Part shown: positions 29,301 to 38,429 of the stretch, in pieces
Position numbering within the stretch: the first letter of the stretch is position 1
How the letters are laid out: every line of letters begins with the position of its first letter
Origin: an uncultured Christensenella sp.
GTDB taxonomy: Bacteria; Bacillota; Clostridia; Christensenellales; CAG-138
DNA: 64,000 nucleotides
Reading direction: 5' to 3'
Assembly (NCBI GenBank): GCA_964383635.1
Contig: CAYLIG010000003.1
Span: 32,097 to 96,096 of the forward strand
Notes under the pieces: generated by a model
Seen by the model: the letters and a program-made list of their open reading frames with translations, nothing else
Told to the model about the DNA's origin: nothing
Database searches by the model: none
Made by a program: the position numbers and the translations under genes

Positions 29301-30107
29301 GCCGCCCCACGCGCCGGCAAGGTACAGACGCCCGTCGATCATCTCCGCGTCGTACTGGCATCCGTTGAGCTGGATCAGCCCCGCTTCGACGGGCTGCTTT
29401 GGATCGCTCAAGTCGATCGTAAACAGTCCGCTTCCGCCGCCTGCGGCGTATGCCGTATTCCCTGCCATCGCAACGTCGTATACATACGCAAGCGGATACG
29501 CCTCCGAAACAAGAACAGGGTTTTGTATATCCGAAACGTCAACGATCTGCACGCCCTGCGGGCCGTCCGCAAGGATAACGTACTGACCGAACGGTATCGC
29601 GTTTTCCGTATACCCCATGGTGTCGAGATATCCCGAAATGGTCGGCGCCGCCGGGTTTGAAACGTTGAGGATCACCAGTCCGCCCGTACCGCAGGATACA
29701 AACAGATGCCCCGTTCCGTCTCCGGAGATGCTTTCAACAAATTGGGGCAGCATCGGGCTCGTTCCGATCATTTGGATATTTTTCGGATCCGCCGCGTTCA
29801 GCGCCAGAACATGCAGCCCCGAACCCAGATATACAACATCGTCCTCCTGAAACAACGCCTTGGTGGTTCCGCCGATCTGACCTATCATCTGCCAGTTGTC
29901 GGAGCCGGGATACAGCCAGTCCGGCTCAACGGGCGTTTCCCCGCTGTCCGCCAGAACAGGCGCCGCCGTGGTATCGCTCGAACCTGACAGGACGGGCGAC
30001 TCCATCGGTTCGTCTTGCGTTGGCGCGGGGGATTCCGCTCCTGTATTCGGAGAGCATCCCGACAAGGCAAGCAATAACACGAGCGCAAATACGGCAATAC
30101 GCTTCAT
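26370..30107 (-). CDS. Large surface lipoprotein: LVIVD-repeat beta-propellers plus right-handed beta-helix
   Basis: Lipobox LSGC; repeated LVILNVSNP.AP / IVDVSD..NP / IDLSD...P units; VVTSTADSGEGTLRYA; repeated GN.IG.D..G beta-helix turns. Confidence 0.85.
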   Translation of the reverse strand: MKRIAVFALVLLLALSGCSPNTGAESPAPTQDEPMESPVLSGSSDTTAAPVLADSGETPVEPDWLYPGSDNWQMIGQIGGTTKALFQEDDVVYLGSGLHVLALNAADPKNIQMIGTSPMLPQFVESISGDGTGHLFVSCGTGGLVILNVSNPAAPTISGYLDTMGYTENAIPFGQYVILADGPQGVQIVDVSDIQNPVLVSEAYPLAYVYDVAMAGNTAYAAGGGSGLFTIDLSDPKQPVEAGLIQLNGCQYDAEMIDGRLYLAGAWGGVSVFDIAQPLAPALVRNLETTGWAMGLDCVGNDLLVLDGADGAMLYDISADEPALVSTFTLYGFVGSGTVNGSTAFLLDEEFGLVTVDYSDKSAPALISRWMPLTGARRLTVSGTTAYVAGGLSGMHVIDLSDYGNPQEAFWYNSDGGYVNNILVSDDKAYMSTHIDTREPLVIFDLENPLAPKKLGAIPNDADVFNTAFRSFALENGMAFISGEHGIVSIDLSDSSNPALADLIYLDIEPNSAAVRGNLFITGPRLQIFDISDPFHFKQLAAMDNNSSGEAVAFLNDTTVLCAGEPGLWIVDVSDPSNPHKTGEFAMSGSPMGVTLDGTTAYISTLGNGIQVLDFSDINNPVLIETIHTLGDANACCLEGDRLIVADSIAGMTIYQRADSTEPTKATAAATGGYALTLLTGEDRQTTPYSPPNEIPVPSEQHEYVVTSTADSGEGTLRYALEHLMPNTTITFDTTVFSPKKPATILLETELLRIEANYLTLDASNAGVILDGSRLSDGNGLTLSASKCKIMGLQIVNFPLNGIQAEGNWNQLGGSRAIGAGPLGQGNLTSGNGRCGIVTGGWYTSVMGNLAGTDVSGTKPYPNYDGIFVTDWGFYITVGSTNPDERNIASGNDFINMDTWGDHTRIIGNIIGLDVTGTKIIKYDTYNNLVLECTAKNTIVGGATLEERNIISGAQSGVVFSDTTSYQNAVIGNYIGTDITGTKAVGNRSGGGVWACSHHRIGGTAEGEGNLISGNENGGTGLSGYGCSDNFILGNRIGVDVNGNPLPNGMGIDVNTGQRHGTIGGYTAAEGNLVVGGSISMRITNRGIKACYIAGNTVINPGSLMIYLEDGASDCFVQNNTFGKNNSNAVRVDYGSGNIIRANAFSGDKPWDLILLLEGGNGNLAAPAVNTAADKSISGTACAFGRVEIYVYEKTNIVSLGFADADAEGSFTFTSGESLTGKQIVLLATDMLNNTSSFSQPCDVS

Positions 30108-30217
30108 CGATCCATACCTCCGAACAACAGATATTCATTTGGAATTTCAGGTATTACTAGAATGGCACTTTTGCGAGTCGTCTATACAACAAGCTGTCAA
30201 ATCAGATTTCTCTTTTC

Positions 30218-30246
30218 ATTCTAGAAGCACAAAATTCCGAAGTCAA
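30218..30246 (-). promoter_or_regulatory. Probable sigma-A promoter of the LVIVD lipoprotein gene
   Basis: Minus strand TTGACT-N17-TAGAAT. Confidence 0.6.
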
Positions 30247-30274
30247 TTGCCTGAATCGAATTCTGTCTTTGGCG

Positions 30275-33200
30275 TCATTTTATGCCCGCCTGCAATAGAA
30301 TTTCAATCAGCGCAACGAGTAAAAAACCCAGCTCCCCAAGTATGGTTTGCTTTACGGCTTTGAAGTATGCGCCTCGAAGATCCAAAACAGAAACGTAGAC
30401 GGCGCCGAAATATTTGCGGTAAAAATACACCAATTCCCATATCGCCAGTAAAAGCGCTTGCAGAAACACCAGTATCAGCACGAACCCATGCGTGAAGGTA
30501 AACGCCGCCGCCGTTGCCAAAAAAGCCAGCGGCATCGAAACGAATGAATGCGCCATAAGAATGCCCGGGCGCATCCAAAGCAACAGCTCCCCCCTGTCGA
30601 TGCTGTCCGCCACCGTGCTGAACACCGCCGCGGCAAGCGGCAGCAGGCTGAGCAGCACGAATACGATTCCCCCGCCCGTCTTTGCGGCGATTGCAGCGAC
30701 AAACAGCGGAATCACGCACAGCAGGAAAAACAGCGCCGTAGGCATGAGAAACCAAACCATCTGCCAGAAGGAAAGGGCGTCCTTGTGCACCTTGGGCAGG
30801 CCTGCCTGCCTGGCCGCAGGCGTTTCTATGGATTGCTGTTTTTCGGCGTCCGGCCTGTCTTTGCTCAAATCGATCGGAGGCGCGTTGTCCTGAAGCACCC
30901 CTCTTTCTGCGCAGACCAGAAAATCGCTTCCGATCGTTCCGGCGCATACTATGCCGTTTTGAACATGAATTGCCGTAACCCTGGCGTCCGTATCAAAAAA
31001 GTAGACCGCCGGGCCGCCGCTGTCCGGGAATACGGCGATTCCCTGTTGCGTGCCTGCGTAGATGGTCCCTTTCTCGGCGGCAACGGCATACACAGGGCCT
31101 CCGCAGCGACAGGTTGCCGTCTGCTGCCAGGTGTTTAAATCCCAAACGGCGACCGTCCCGTCCAGAGACGCGCTGTAGAGCCTGTCCTCATTTCTGTACA
31201 GGCAGGAAATGGCCTCTTTATGCAGCGCAATCGTCCTGCCCTTCGGATTTGACGGATCGAACAAATCGACACTGCCGGAATATTTTTTCGCAAGTATCGG
31301 CGTATCGTTAAAAACAACCATCGAGCATATATCTTCCGGCGCTTTGAACTGCGCAATGCCCGTCGCGTCCGTCCGGTTCAACGCGCCGCCTTTCTCCGCA
31401 AACCATAATTGATCACCCGTGGCGACCATGGCGGTTACGGCGTAATCCGGCAATGTCTGAAGCCCCATGTAGACACGATCGTCTTTTCTGATGTACGACC
31501 GCTGCTGTGAAAGCGGCTCCATTGCTTCAACGATGTAATTGCTTGTTCCGAGATACAGGCGTTTGTCGTCCTTCGTCATAGACGTATAGGTGCGTATGCC
31601 GCAGGGGATGTCCGTTTCGATTCCGCCCTCCGGCTTGAGGCAAAAGACGCGCAGCGCATTCGGATCCAACAGGGCGCAGTAGCCGTCCCCCGCGGCCGCG
31701 CCGACCGCCGGGCCTTGAAAATAATCCGCGTTCAAAGTCGCGTTATCCACCGAATACATTCGAATTGCGCCGTCTGCGCAGCCCGCAAATAGTTGATCCG
31801 CTTTCCCGCACAGGCAGCGTGCCTGCGGGCAGGCGAAATACTGATCCGGCTGCCATGTGTCGTTCTCTTTGAGCCGCATGACGAAAACAGACGCCGGCGA
31901 AGCCATTGCAAAGCCGTTGCCAATCCCGGTCAGTCCTGTCAGATACGGACCCCTGTCAATGATTTGGTACACATCGGCAAGCTCGTCGCGAATCTCGATG
32001 TTTTCATAATCAAAAGAAGTCTGTTTCCCTGTTTTCAGGTTCCAAAACAGTATGCGCGGGTAAAACAGGCTGGCGGCGACCCAGTCCCCGGCTATTGCGA
32101 CACCGCCCACATATCCAAGCCGCGTTGGCTTTCGGGTATATCGAAAAAGGCCTCTCTTTCGGCGCGCCGTCAGATGTCCGCCCTTGCCGCCGTAGGAAAT
32201 ATACCCCTCCGAAGCGTCCATCCCATAGATTGGGCTGCCAAATCCGCGCACCCATGCAACCGGGCGCAGATCCGTTTTGTCGAAGCGGCGCACCGTTCCG
32301 TCCGCGGAGGAAGAGATCAGGTCTTTCCCGCGCAGCGCCAGTCCGTTAACCGCTTTTCGATGCGCCTTCCTTTCCGACACGCGAATCCGTGCCTCCGGAA
32401 TCCATATGATCAGACGTCCGGTATTTGTTCCAAGATATAGCCGCGTATCGTCGGACGTCATGCGGGAAACGCCGGGTTCGGAAAACAGATCCGTACATAC
32501 GCCGCCGTCGATATCCCATAGCCGGATGGTTCCGTCCGTATATGCCGCGGCAATCTTCTGGCCGTGCGGGCAGATTGCGCTTACCGAAGTATTTGCGGCG
32601 TGAAAAACCGTTGCTGTTTTCCATGGGCTGGCCAGACAGCATTTCAGGGGTTGGAGCCAATAGCGCGATGTTTCGCGCTCCGCCTGTATGAGCAGGGCTT
32701 GCAGCGCCGGTTCCCGCGCCTCCATCAGGCGGCCAAGCAGCTGCTCCGGCAGGCAGTTCGGATCTCTGCTCAGCGCGGCGGCCGACAGCCACAGCGCGCG
32801 CTGCAGGAGGATACAGGCGCGATTGTCCGGGTCGGCAAAGTAAAAATCATCCGCCGTATCTTCCGGCCCCGAGGCGATCAGCCTCTCCCGAAGCCAGCGA
32901 AAGTCCGTCAGCAGCTTTGCCGTATCCTCTCCACCCTCATGCATATGATAAACCAGCTCGGAAAAGCCTCTTTCGCGTGAAACGCCGCGGCTTTCGGAAG
33001 TTTCCGAAAAACGAAAACTTCCGTCCCCCGACGGATCCGCCGCGCCGCGAAAAACGGCCGAAAGCGCGGAATTCCCCTGCTTCATACGTTCCGCGTATCG
33101 CGCCCGCGCGGTTCTGCGGAGGCTGTCGAACCGGAAGTCCACCCGGTTGCTGCGGCGGGAAAGAAACGGCCGCAGTCTGCGGATTAAAACGTTCAGCGCG

Positions 33201-34810
33201 TCGGTTTCCCCGTCCGCAGACGTGCCCAGACATCTTCGCGCCTCAACCAGTTCTCGAATGGACAGCCCGGCCCTCGAAGCGGCGATCATCGTAAAGAAGT
33301 CCTTTGCAACCGATGTTTCGGCTTCCAGATGTGTCATGACGCATGAAAACGCCGACTCCGGCGTATCGCCGAACGCGGCGATTTGCTGTCCAAGCGCTTC
33401 GAAAGAACCGGATACGCGAAGCTCGCTGAGCAAAATGTTCAGAAACAGCGGATTGCCGGACGCGGGCGCGGCGCAGATCTGCCGGATCTCCGGTTCGTCC
33501 AGCTTTTTAAAATATCGGGAGAGGTAGCCGTTCACAAGCTGCCGCTTTGACAGATCGCCGGACAATCCGTCGAGAACGAGTTCCTGGCAGCCGCCGTTTT
33601 TCAGCCGCGCCAGTCGCTGTTCGTCAATGGCGGAGCGGCGTATGCCGATGATCATATTAAGCCCGGGAGGAATGGCCGACGGAATCCGGTCGAGCAGCTT
33701 CAATCCGCCCGGAATCTGGTCGAGTCCATCCAGAAGGATGATATGTTTCTCCAGCGCCGCAAACAGTTCCGGCAGCGCATCCAATATCGCGTCGTCGCCG
33801 GACGGCAGCAGCATGCCAGCCTCAAAAAACAGCTTTTCCAGCAAGCCTTTGATGCTGTCGGATCTGTCGGATGCGCCGCAAAACCGCGCGATGACAGACG
33901 CGCCATGCTGAATCAACTCGCGGGCAACGCCGCAAAGCAGCGTCGTTTTTCCTACGCCCGCCTCGCCGGTCAGCAGCAGCGGGCCGCCGGGTTGGTTTCT
34001 CTTTGCAAATTGAACCAGCAACCGCTCCTGCTCCGCTCTTGGCAGGTATTCCTTCATGCCGGACCAGAGAAACGTATCCTGCTGTTCCGCTTCTGTTTCG
34101 CGGTATTCGCCGGGCGTCCGATCCGGAAACTCCACCGCGATCATTTCCTGCAGCGCCGCCAGCAGCGTTTCGCGCAGCGGTTTCCCGTTTGCTTGGAAAT
34201 CCGTCAGTCCATGATCGCCATATCGGCAGGAATAGTTGATCGTCGGGCTTAGGATGTCGCTTACCGTTCGGCGCAGGTTCAATAGCGCGTCGTATTCCGC
34301 CGGGTCGTCGTCGTAATAAACGGCGCGCGCGTCTTGCGGCAGGTTTTTGACGCAACCTTCATCCCGCAGGCAAAACAGGGAACGCTGTGCAATTTCGGGT
34401 ATTGTCTCAAGGCCGTTTACAATGCGGTGCAGCGGGGCAAGCAGGGCGTGTTCGATTTCCATCTCCGTGATGGACATCCGTCCGACCCGGCGGCTCAGCG
34501 CGGGGTATTCTTCATAGGTTGCCGCCGCTATCTCCTCTTTTGTCGGCACCCAGCCGCGTCTTTGCCCAATGAGACAGAGGAAGAACGGCCGGCAGTCGTC
34601 TATATTATGCAGGCAGGCGGCAACCACGCTTCGCGCCCTGGCGTCTTCCGCCGTTACACCCCAGCGAAGATCGATATCCGTCAGGCGAAGCTGTCGCGCG
34701 GCGCACCAGTCCGACAGCTCGGGAAATATCTCTTTCACCAGATAATCGCGTTCCGCGTGCATGTCCCGAAACGTGCTGCTGATAAAAACCGTTACATCTC
34801 GCCATGCCAT
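30275..34810 (-). CDS. DUF4062-NACHT(STAND)-WD40 protein with C-terminal multi-pass membrane segment (NLR-like)
   Basis: N-terminal VFISSTFRDMHAERDYL...IDLRWGV...SITEMEI (DUF4062); Walker A GEAGVGKT; Walker B ILLDGLD; WD repeats (SSSADGTVRRF, SASLDGTVAVWD); about 160-aa hydrophobic tail. Confidence 0.85.
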   Translation of the reverse strand: MAWRDVTVFISSTFRDMHAERDYLVKEIFPELSDWCAARQLRLTDIDLRWGVTAEDARARSVVAACLHNIDDCRPFFLCLIGQRRGWVPTKEEIAAATYEEYPALSRRVGRMSITEMEIEHALLAPLHRIVNGLETIPEIAQRSLFCLRDEGCVKNLPQDARAVYYDDDPAEYDALLNLRRTVSDILSPTINYSCRYGDHGLTDFQANGKPLRETLLAALQEMIAVEFPDRTPGEYRETEAEQQDTFLWSGMKEYLPRAEQERLLVQFAKRNQPGGPLLLTGEAGVGKTTLLCGVARELIQHGASVIARFCGASDRSDSIKGLLEKLFFEAGMLLPSGDDAILDALPELFAALEKHIILLDGLDQIPGGLKLLDRIPSAIPPGLNMIIGIRRSAIDEQRLARLKNGGCQELVLDGLSGDLSKRQLVNGYLSRYFKKLDEPEIRQICAAPASGNPLFLNILLSELRVSGSFEALGQQIAAFGDTPESAFSCVMTHLEAETSVAKDFFTMIAASRAGLSIRELVEARRCLGTSADGETDALNVLIRRLRPFLSRRSNRVDFRFDSLRRTARARYAERMKQGNSALSAVFRGAADPSGDGSFRFSETSESRGVSRERGFSELVYHMHEGGEDTAKLLTDFRWLRERLIASGPEDTADDFYFADPDNRACILLQRALWLSAAALSRDPNCLPEQLLGRLMEAREPALQALLIQAERETSRYWLQPLKCCLASPWKTATVFHAANTSVSAICPHGQKIAAAYTDGTIRLWDIDGGVCTDLFSEPGVSRMTSDDTRLYLGTNTGRLIIWIPEARIRVSERKAHRKAVNGLALRGKDLISSSADGTVRRFDKTDLRPVAWVRGFGSPIYGMDASEGYISYGGKGGHLTARRKRGLFRYTRKPTRLGYVGGVAIAGDWVAASLFYPRILFWNLKTGKQTSFDYENIEIRDELADVYQIIDRGPYLTGLTGIGNGFAMASPASVFVMRLKENDTWQPDQYFACPQARCLCGKADQLFAGCADGAIRMYSVDNATLNADYFQGPAVGAAAGDGYCALLDPNALRVFCLKPEGGIETDIPCGIRTYTSMTKDDKRLYLGTSNYIVEAMEPLSQQRSYIRKDDRVYMGLQTLPDYAVTAMVATGDQLWFAEKGGALNRTDATGIAQFKAPEDICSMVVFNDTPILAKKYSGSVDLFDPSNPKGRTIALHKEAISCLYRNEDRLYSASLDGTVAVWDLNTWQQTATCRCGGPVYAVAAEKGTIYAGTQQGIAVFPDSGGPAVYFFDTDARVTAIHVQNGIVCAGTIGSDFLVCAERGVLQDNAPPIDLSKDRPDAEKQQSIETPAARQAGLPKVHKDALSFWQMVWFLMPTALFFLLCVIPLFVAAIAAKTGGGIVFVLLSLLPLAAAVFSTVADSIDRGELLLWMRPGILMAHSFVSMPLAFLATAAAFTFTHGFVLILVFLQALLLAIWELVYFYRKYFGAVYVSVLDLRGAYFKAVKQTILGELGFLLVALIEILLQAGIK

Positions 34811-34850
34811 ATCATCGCGCTCCCGTTTGTTTTTATACATATATTTTGAC

Positions 34851-34956
34851 TTTTATGCTTTTCTTATGAACTTTGCCCTTTTATAATTCAGGCGAATATA
34901 AGCGACACTATTCTGATTTTTTATGCTTTTTGTATCAACTTTGCTTTTTAATAATT
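34851..34956. repeat. Two 38-bp direct repeats upstream of the NACHT gene
   Basis: 34851-34888 and 34919-34956, 32/38 identical, period 68. Confidence 0.75.
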
Positions 34957-35211
34957 AGAACGATGCTATAGCAATAACAACACTATAGTTATATCAGAAA
35001 CGGCGCCCGATTTACAGCGTAAACATGTTAATTTAAAATTTCTCCGCAAAAACAATCCTCCCTCGTTGAAAATGGATGCCGCGGGGTTCGCTTTGCCGCA
35101 TCGCGCTTGCAGGCTATGGTATAATTTCCATCCAACCACATGAAAAAACACGAATATGAGTTAAAATTGTAGCAATTTCGAGCAGCATCACAATCACAAA
35201 CGCATCTGCGC

Positions 35212-35261
35212 TTGACATAGATAGAATGCCGATATATGATTGTATAGAATTCCGATATATG
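35212..35261 (+). promoter_or_regulatory. padR promoter with tandem 18-bp repeats
   Basis: TTGACA-N17-TATGAT; ATAGAAT(G/T)CCGATATATG at 35221-35238 and 35244-35261, overlapping the -10 and running into the RBS. Confidence 0.65.
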
Positions 35262-35273
35262 GAGGGCATCTCG

Positions 35274-35621
35274 ATGCGTATCGACAAGACGCTGGTCACG
35301 CGCAGCACATCCATGCTGCTGATGAAACTTCTGGAACAGGAGGACATGTACGGCTATCAGATGATTGCCGAGCTTGCCAGCCGCTCCGATAAAACTTTTT
35401 CCCTCAAGGCCGGCACGCTGTATCCCCTGCTGCACGATCTCGAGCGTCAGGGCATGATCTCCGCATATGAAAAAGCCGCGGAGACGGGACGCATGAGAAA
35501 GTATTACACCCTGACGAAGAGCGGGCGTCGGTCACTGGCTGAAAAGGAGGCGGAATGGGCCTGTTTTTCATCGGCGGTAAATCAGGTTCTGACAGGGGGT
35601 GCCAGCCTTGCCACAGTCTGA
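35274..35621 (+). CDS. PadR-family transcriptional regulator
   Basis: DMYGYQMIAEL...GTLYPLLH.LE..G.I...RKYY.LT..GR..L; starts after GGAGG. Confidence 0.93.
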   Translation: MRIDKTLVTRSTSMLLMKLLEQEDMYGYQMIAELASRSDKTFSLKAGTLYPLLHDLERQGMISAYEKAAETGRMRKYYTLTKSGRRSLAEKEAEWACFSSAVNQVLTGGASLATV

Positions 35622-36972
35622 ACGGGCGTGTGCCTTTCTGGAAGCCGTTTGCGAGCAGGTTCGCTGGCGGCAAGCGCACGAAACGATTCGAAGCGATCTT
35701 TCCGCACATATCGAGGATCAGGAGGACGCCCTGCTTCAAAGCGGGTTCTCTCAAAGCGAGGCGCAGAGCCGTGCGGTCGCGGAGATGGGCGATCCCGTGG
35801 AAATAGGGTTGCAGCTGGATGCAAGCTATCGTCCCGGCATCGCGACTGCGGTTGTGCTCCCCCTTGGCTTGCTTGCGCTGCTGGGCGTGCTGCTGCGGCT
35901 GTTTGTCTATGCGCTCACGCCCGGTCAGTGGGGGTTGTTCGGCATTGCGTTGGTCGTCGGAAGCGCCGGATTTTACGCTCTGCTGCGGTTGAATCTGTAC
36001 CGGGCGCTGCGATACGCATGGTGGCTCGCGGGCGCTTTCATCCTGCTGGCATTGATTCTGCCTGCCATTGCGGAGCGAATGATCGCCTATCACAATCAAT
36101 CCGGCTACTGGCGTGTCTACTACATTGCAAAATATCTTTGGCTGCTGCTGCCGCCGGTATACGCGTTTCTCGTCTATCGCATGCGCGGCACGGGGTTTGG
36201 CGGCGTGCTGCTTTGCTGCCTGCTGTTTGCAATCCCCGTCGGGCTGTATATGCGTCTTGTGTTTTCATCCTATCTTTGGGAGGCAATCGGCGCGCTGGGC
36301 TGTTTCGCCGTTCTGATTACGGCGATCCTGCGGGGCTCTTTCGGCTGCAATCGCTGGGTTGCGTTTTCCGTCGTCGCGCTGGGCGCCGCAATTTGCGTCT
36401 TTCTGTTCGGCATCGCGGAGCCTTATCGCGCAAGCCGCATTCTGTCCGTTTTGAATCCGCAGCGCGATCCGAACGGCGACGGGTTTCTCGTTTTACGGGT
36501 GCGTGAGATCGTCTCGAGCTGCGTCTGGTTTGGTCGCGGTGGAACGCTTCCGCAGCAGGCCGCGCAGGCCATGGAGTTCTTCCAGAGCAATACGGAGAGC
36601 CGGAATTATGTTTTGACCATGCTCATGTATCGATATGGCATCGCATGGATGGTTCTGCCGGTCGGCGCCGTCGCGGTGTTTGTCGTTTTCAGCGTCCGGC
36701 GCATCCGGCGGGTTGGCAGCACGCTTGGAAAAATGCTCGCGACGGGAATCGTTACGGTGCTTGTTTCGCAGGCCGTGCTATCCATTATCGCTTGTCTGGG
36801 ATACCCGCTCTGGGACAACGCGTTCTTTCCGTTTCTCTCCTTCGACAGCGCGGCTTTTTGCGTCGACCTGCTGCTTGCGGGCGGGCTGGCGTCTCTGCTG
36901 CAATCGGACACCCTGTTTCACGACAGGGCGTACAACAGAAGAAAGCTGCGAATCCGGTTCGATCTGGTTTAA
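35608..36972 (+). CDS. FtsW/RodA/SpoVE (SEDS)-like membrane protein with N-terminal HAAS-type helical domain
   Basis: N-terminal EAVCEQVRW...DLSAHIEDQ....G.S..EA..RAV.EMGDP.EIG..L; C-terminal PY...RI...LNP..DP.G.GF and FPFLSF. TTG start spaced from GGGGG. Confidence 0.8.
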   Translation: MPQSERACAFLEAVCEQVRWRQAHETIRSDLSAHIEDQEDALLQSGFSQSEAQSRAVAEMGDPVEIGLQLDASYRPGIATAVVLPLGLLALLGVLLRLFVYALTPGQWGLFGIALVVGSAGFYALLRLNLYRALRYAWWLAGAFILLALILPAIAERMIAYHNQSGYWRVYYIAKYLWLLLPPVYAFLVYRMRGTGFGGVLLCCLLFAIPVGLYMRLVFSSYLWEAIGALGCFAVLITAILRGSFGCNRWVAFSVVALGAAICVFLFGIAEPYRASRILSVLNPQRDPNGDGFLVLRVREIVSSCVWFGRGGTLPQQAAQAMEFFQSNTESRNYVLTMLMYRYGIAWMVLPVGAVAVFVVFSVRRIRRVGSTLGKMLATGIVTVLVSQAVLSIIACLGYPLWDNAFFPFLSFDSAAFCVDLLLAGGLASLLQSDTLFHDRAYNRRKLRIRFDLV

Positions 36973-37009
36973 CGAACCGTTCGGTTTTAGGCGCGCAGCA
37001 GCATAAGCA

Positions 37010-38248
37010 TTACGCAAACTCCATATGCGCCTGACGAAAAAACGTCTCATCCTCTCTCGTAAAGTGCAGACCATAGTCGCATATACGCGTCATCACCCGG
37101 TTGATCAGTTGTTCATCGGCAAAGTTTTCACAGATGTTGAGATTGAATTTGCCATTGCAATCAACCATATTCAAGTTGCAGTACCCGACATCCGGCCACA
37201 TATAAAACCAGCAATCGCGCACTTTTTTCAGCACATCCGGGTGAAACGGAAGCTGTCCAAGATAGGATAGCTGCGCGTTTGTGTCGTGTTCCTTCAGCCA
37301 CCACACGACGGCTTTCATGATGGCCTTACTCACATTCTTTGCGGGCATGCGATATAACGCGTCGGTGTCGTCGATTAACGCGGTGCATCTTGAAACAATG
37401 TAGTCCGGTTGGCGGTAAGAATCCAGCAGCCGCTTATAGACGCCGCAAAGGGAGCGAAGATCCAGATCGTCGTACGACGGCAAATAGGAAACAGGCTCAA
37501 AAATAGCCGCATTGTGCATCGTACCAAATCCCATCGGTATGCGGGTGTCAATGTTGATGCTGAATCGAACATTCGCCTTTTTCAGCTGCTCGGGGAGGCA
37601 TTCGTGCAGAGCGCGCGAAAACAGCGGCGCGATCAGCGCTGTCGGTGTCGCGCCAAGGCTGCGAGCGATGGACACGAGTTCGCCGCTTTCGATTGCGTAC
37701 CGATGCGACAGGCAGCCCGCCCCCCTGCCGTTTGCTTTCACACGCCGGTTTGCATAGCCCAATGGCTGGTTTGGAATGGCAGGCGCATGTGCCGTTTTAT
37801 CATAGTATCGCGCAAAAGGCGGCTCAGTCCCGGAATGATCCGTGTTTGCCGGAACGTCGAAGTAATCTGCCAGCAGCGCGGATAGAAAAGCCATCGCGCC
37901 GCGCCCGTCGGTAACGGCATGACACCATTCGAAGCTGATTTTGTTTTCATCATGGCAGAGCCGCCAGGGGAATCCGTTTGTATCGTGCCCGAAGCTGTCC
38001 GGCCGGTTTTCGATGGAGCAATGATGCAGAATAATCGGCTCGTCGTTCTCTTCCAGATAATACTCGCGGTCGAATACGATCCTTGTTTTCAGCAGCGAGT
38101 AATTGCAAAGGGTGTGTTCTGCCGCGCGGCGCAATCGATCGGGATCGACAGAATCGGAAAGGTAAACTTGAATGAGCGGCACGCTCTCCGCGCGTGTGCC
38201 GATTGCCATCATATGATAGTAATCCATGTTATCCAGCCGATATCTCAT
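37010..38248 (-). CDS. CoA-dependent acyltransferase (condensation / alcohol acetyltransferase-like)
   Basis: HAVTDG (HxxxDG) motif, IDTR, SYLG. Confidence 0.7.
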   Translation of the reverse strand: MRYRLDNMDYYHMMAIGTRAESVPLIQVYLSDSVDPDRLRRAAEHTLCNYSLLKTRIVFDREYYLEENDEPIILHHCSIENRPDSFGHDTNGFPWRLCHDENKISFEWCHAVTDGRGAMAFLSALLADYFDVPANTDHSGTEPPFARYYDKTAHAPAIPNQPLGYANRRVKANGRGAGCLSHRYAIESGELVSIARSLGATPTALIAPLFSRALHECLPEQLKKANVRFSINIDTRIPMGFGTMHNAAIFEPVSYLPSYDDLDLRSLCGVYKRLLDSYRQPDYIVSRCTALIDDTDALYRMPAKNVSKAIMKAVVWWLKEHDTNAQLSYLGQLPFHPDVLKKVRDCWFYMWPDVGYCNLNMVDCNGKFNLNICENFADEQLINRVMTRICDYGLHFTREDETFFRQAHMEFA

Positions 38249-38429
38249 CGCAAAACTCCTGACTTCGTATCAAATTTAGGCGCGGCGGGCGCATAAAAAG
38301 CGCAACAAACACGGCTCTTGTCTGCATGTTACCAATTATACCCCAGCAGCATCTATCAAATCCATGCAAACACCTCGTCCGCATCCACAACACCTTTTGG
38401 TTGATAGATGCTTATACCGTTACGCATGA

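Noticed and set aside
35628-36506. 292-aa alternative-frame ORF inside the SEDS-like gene
   Set aside because: Arg/Ala-rich frame shadow with no RBS or motif.
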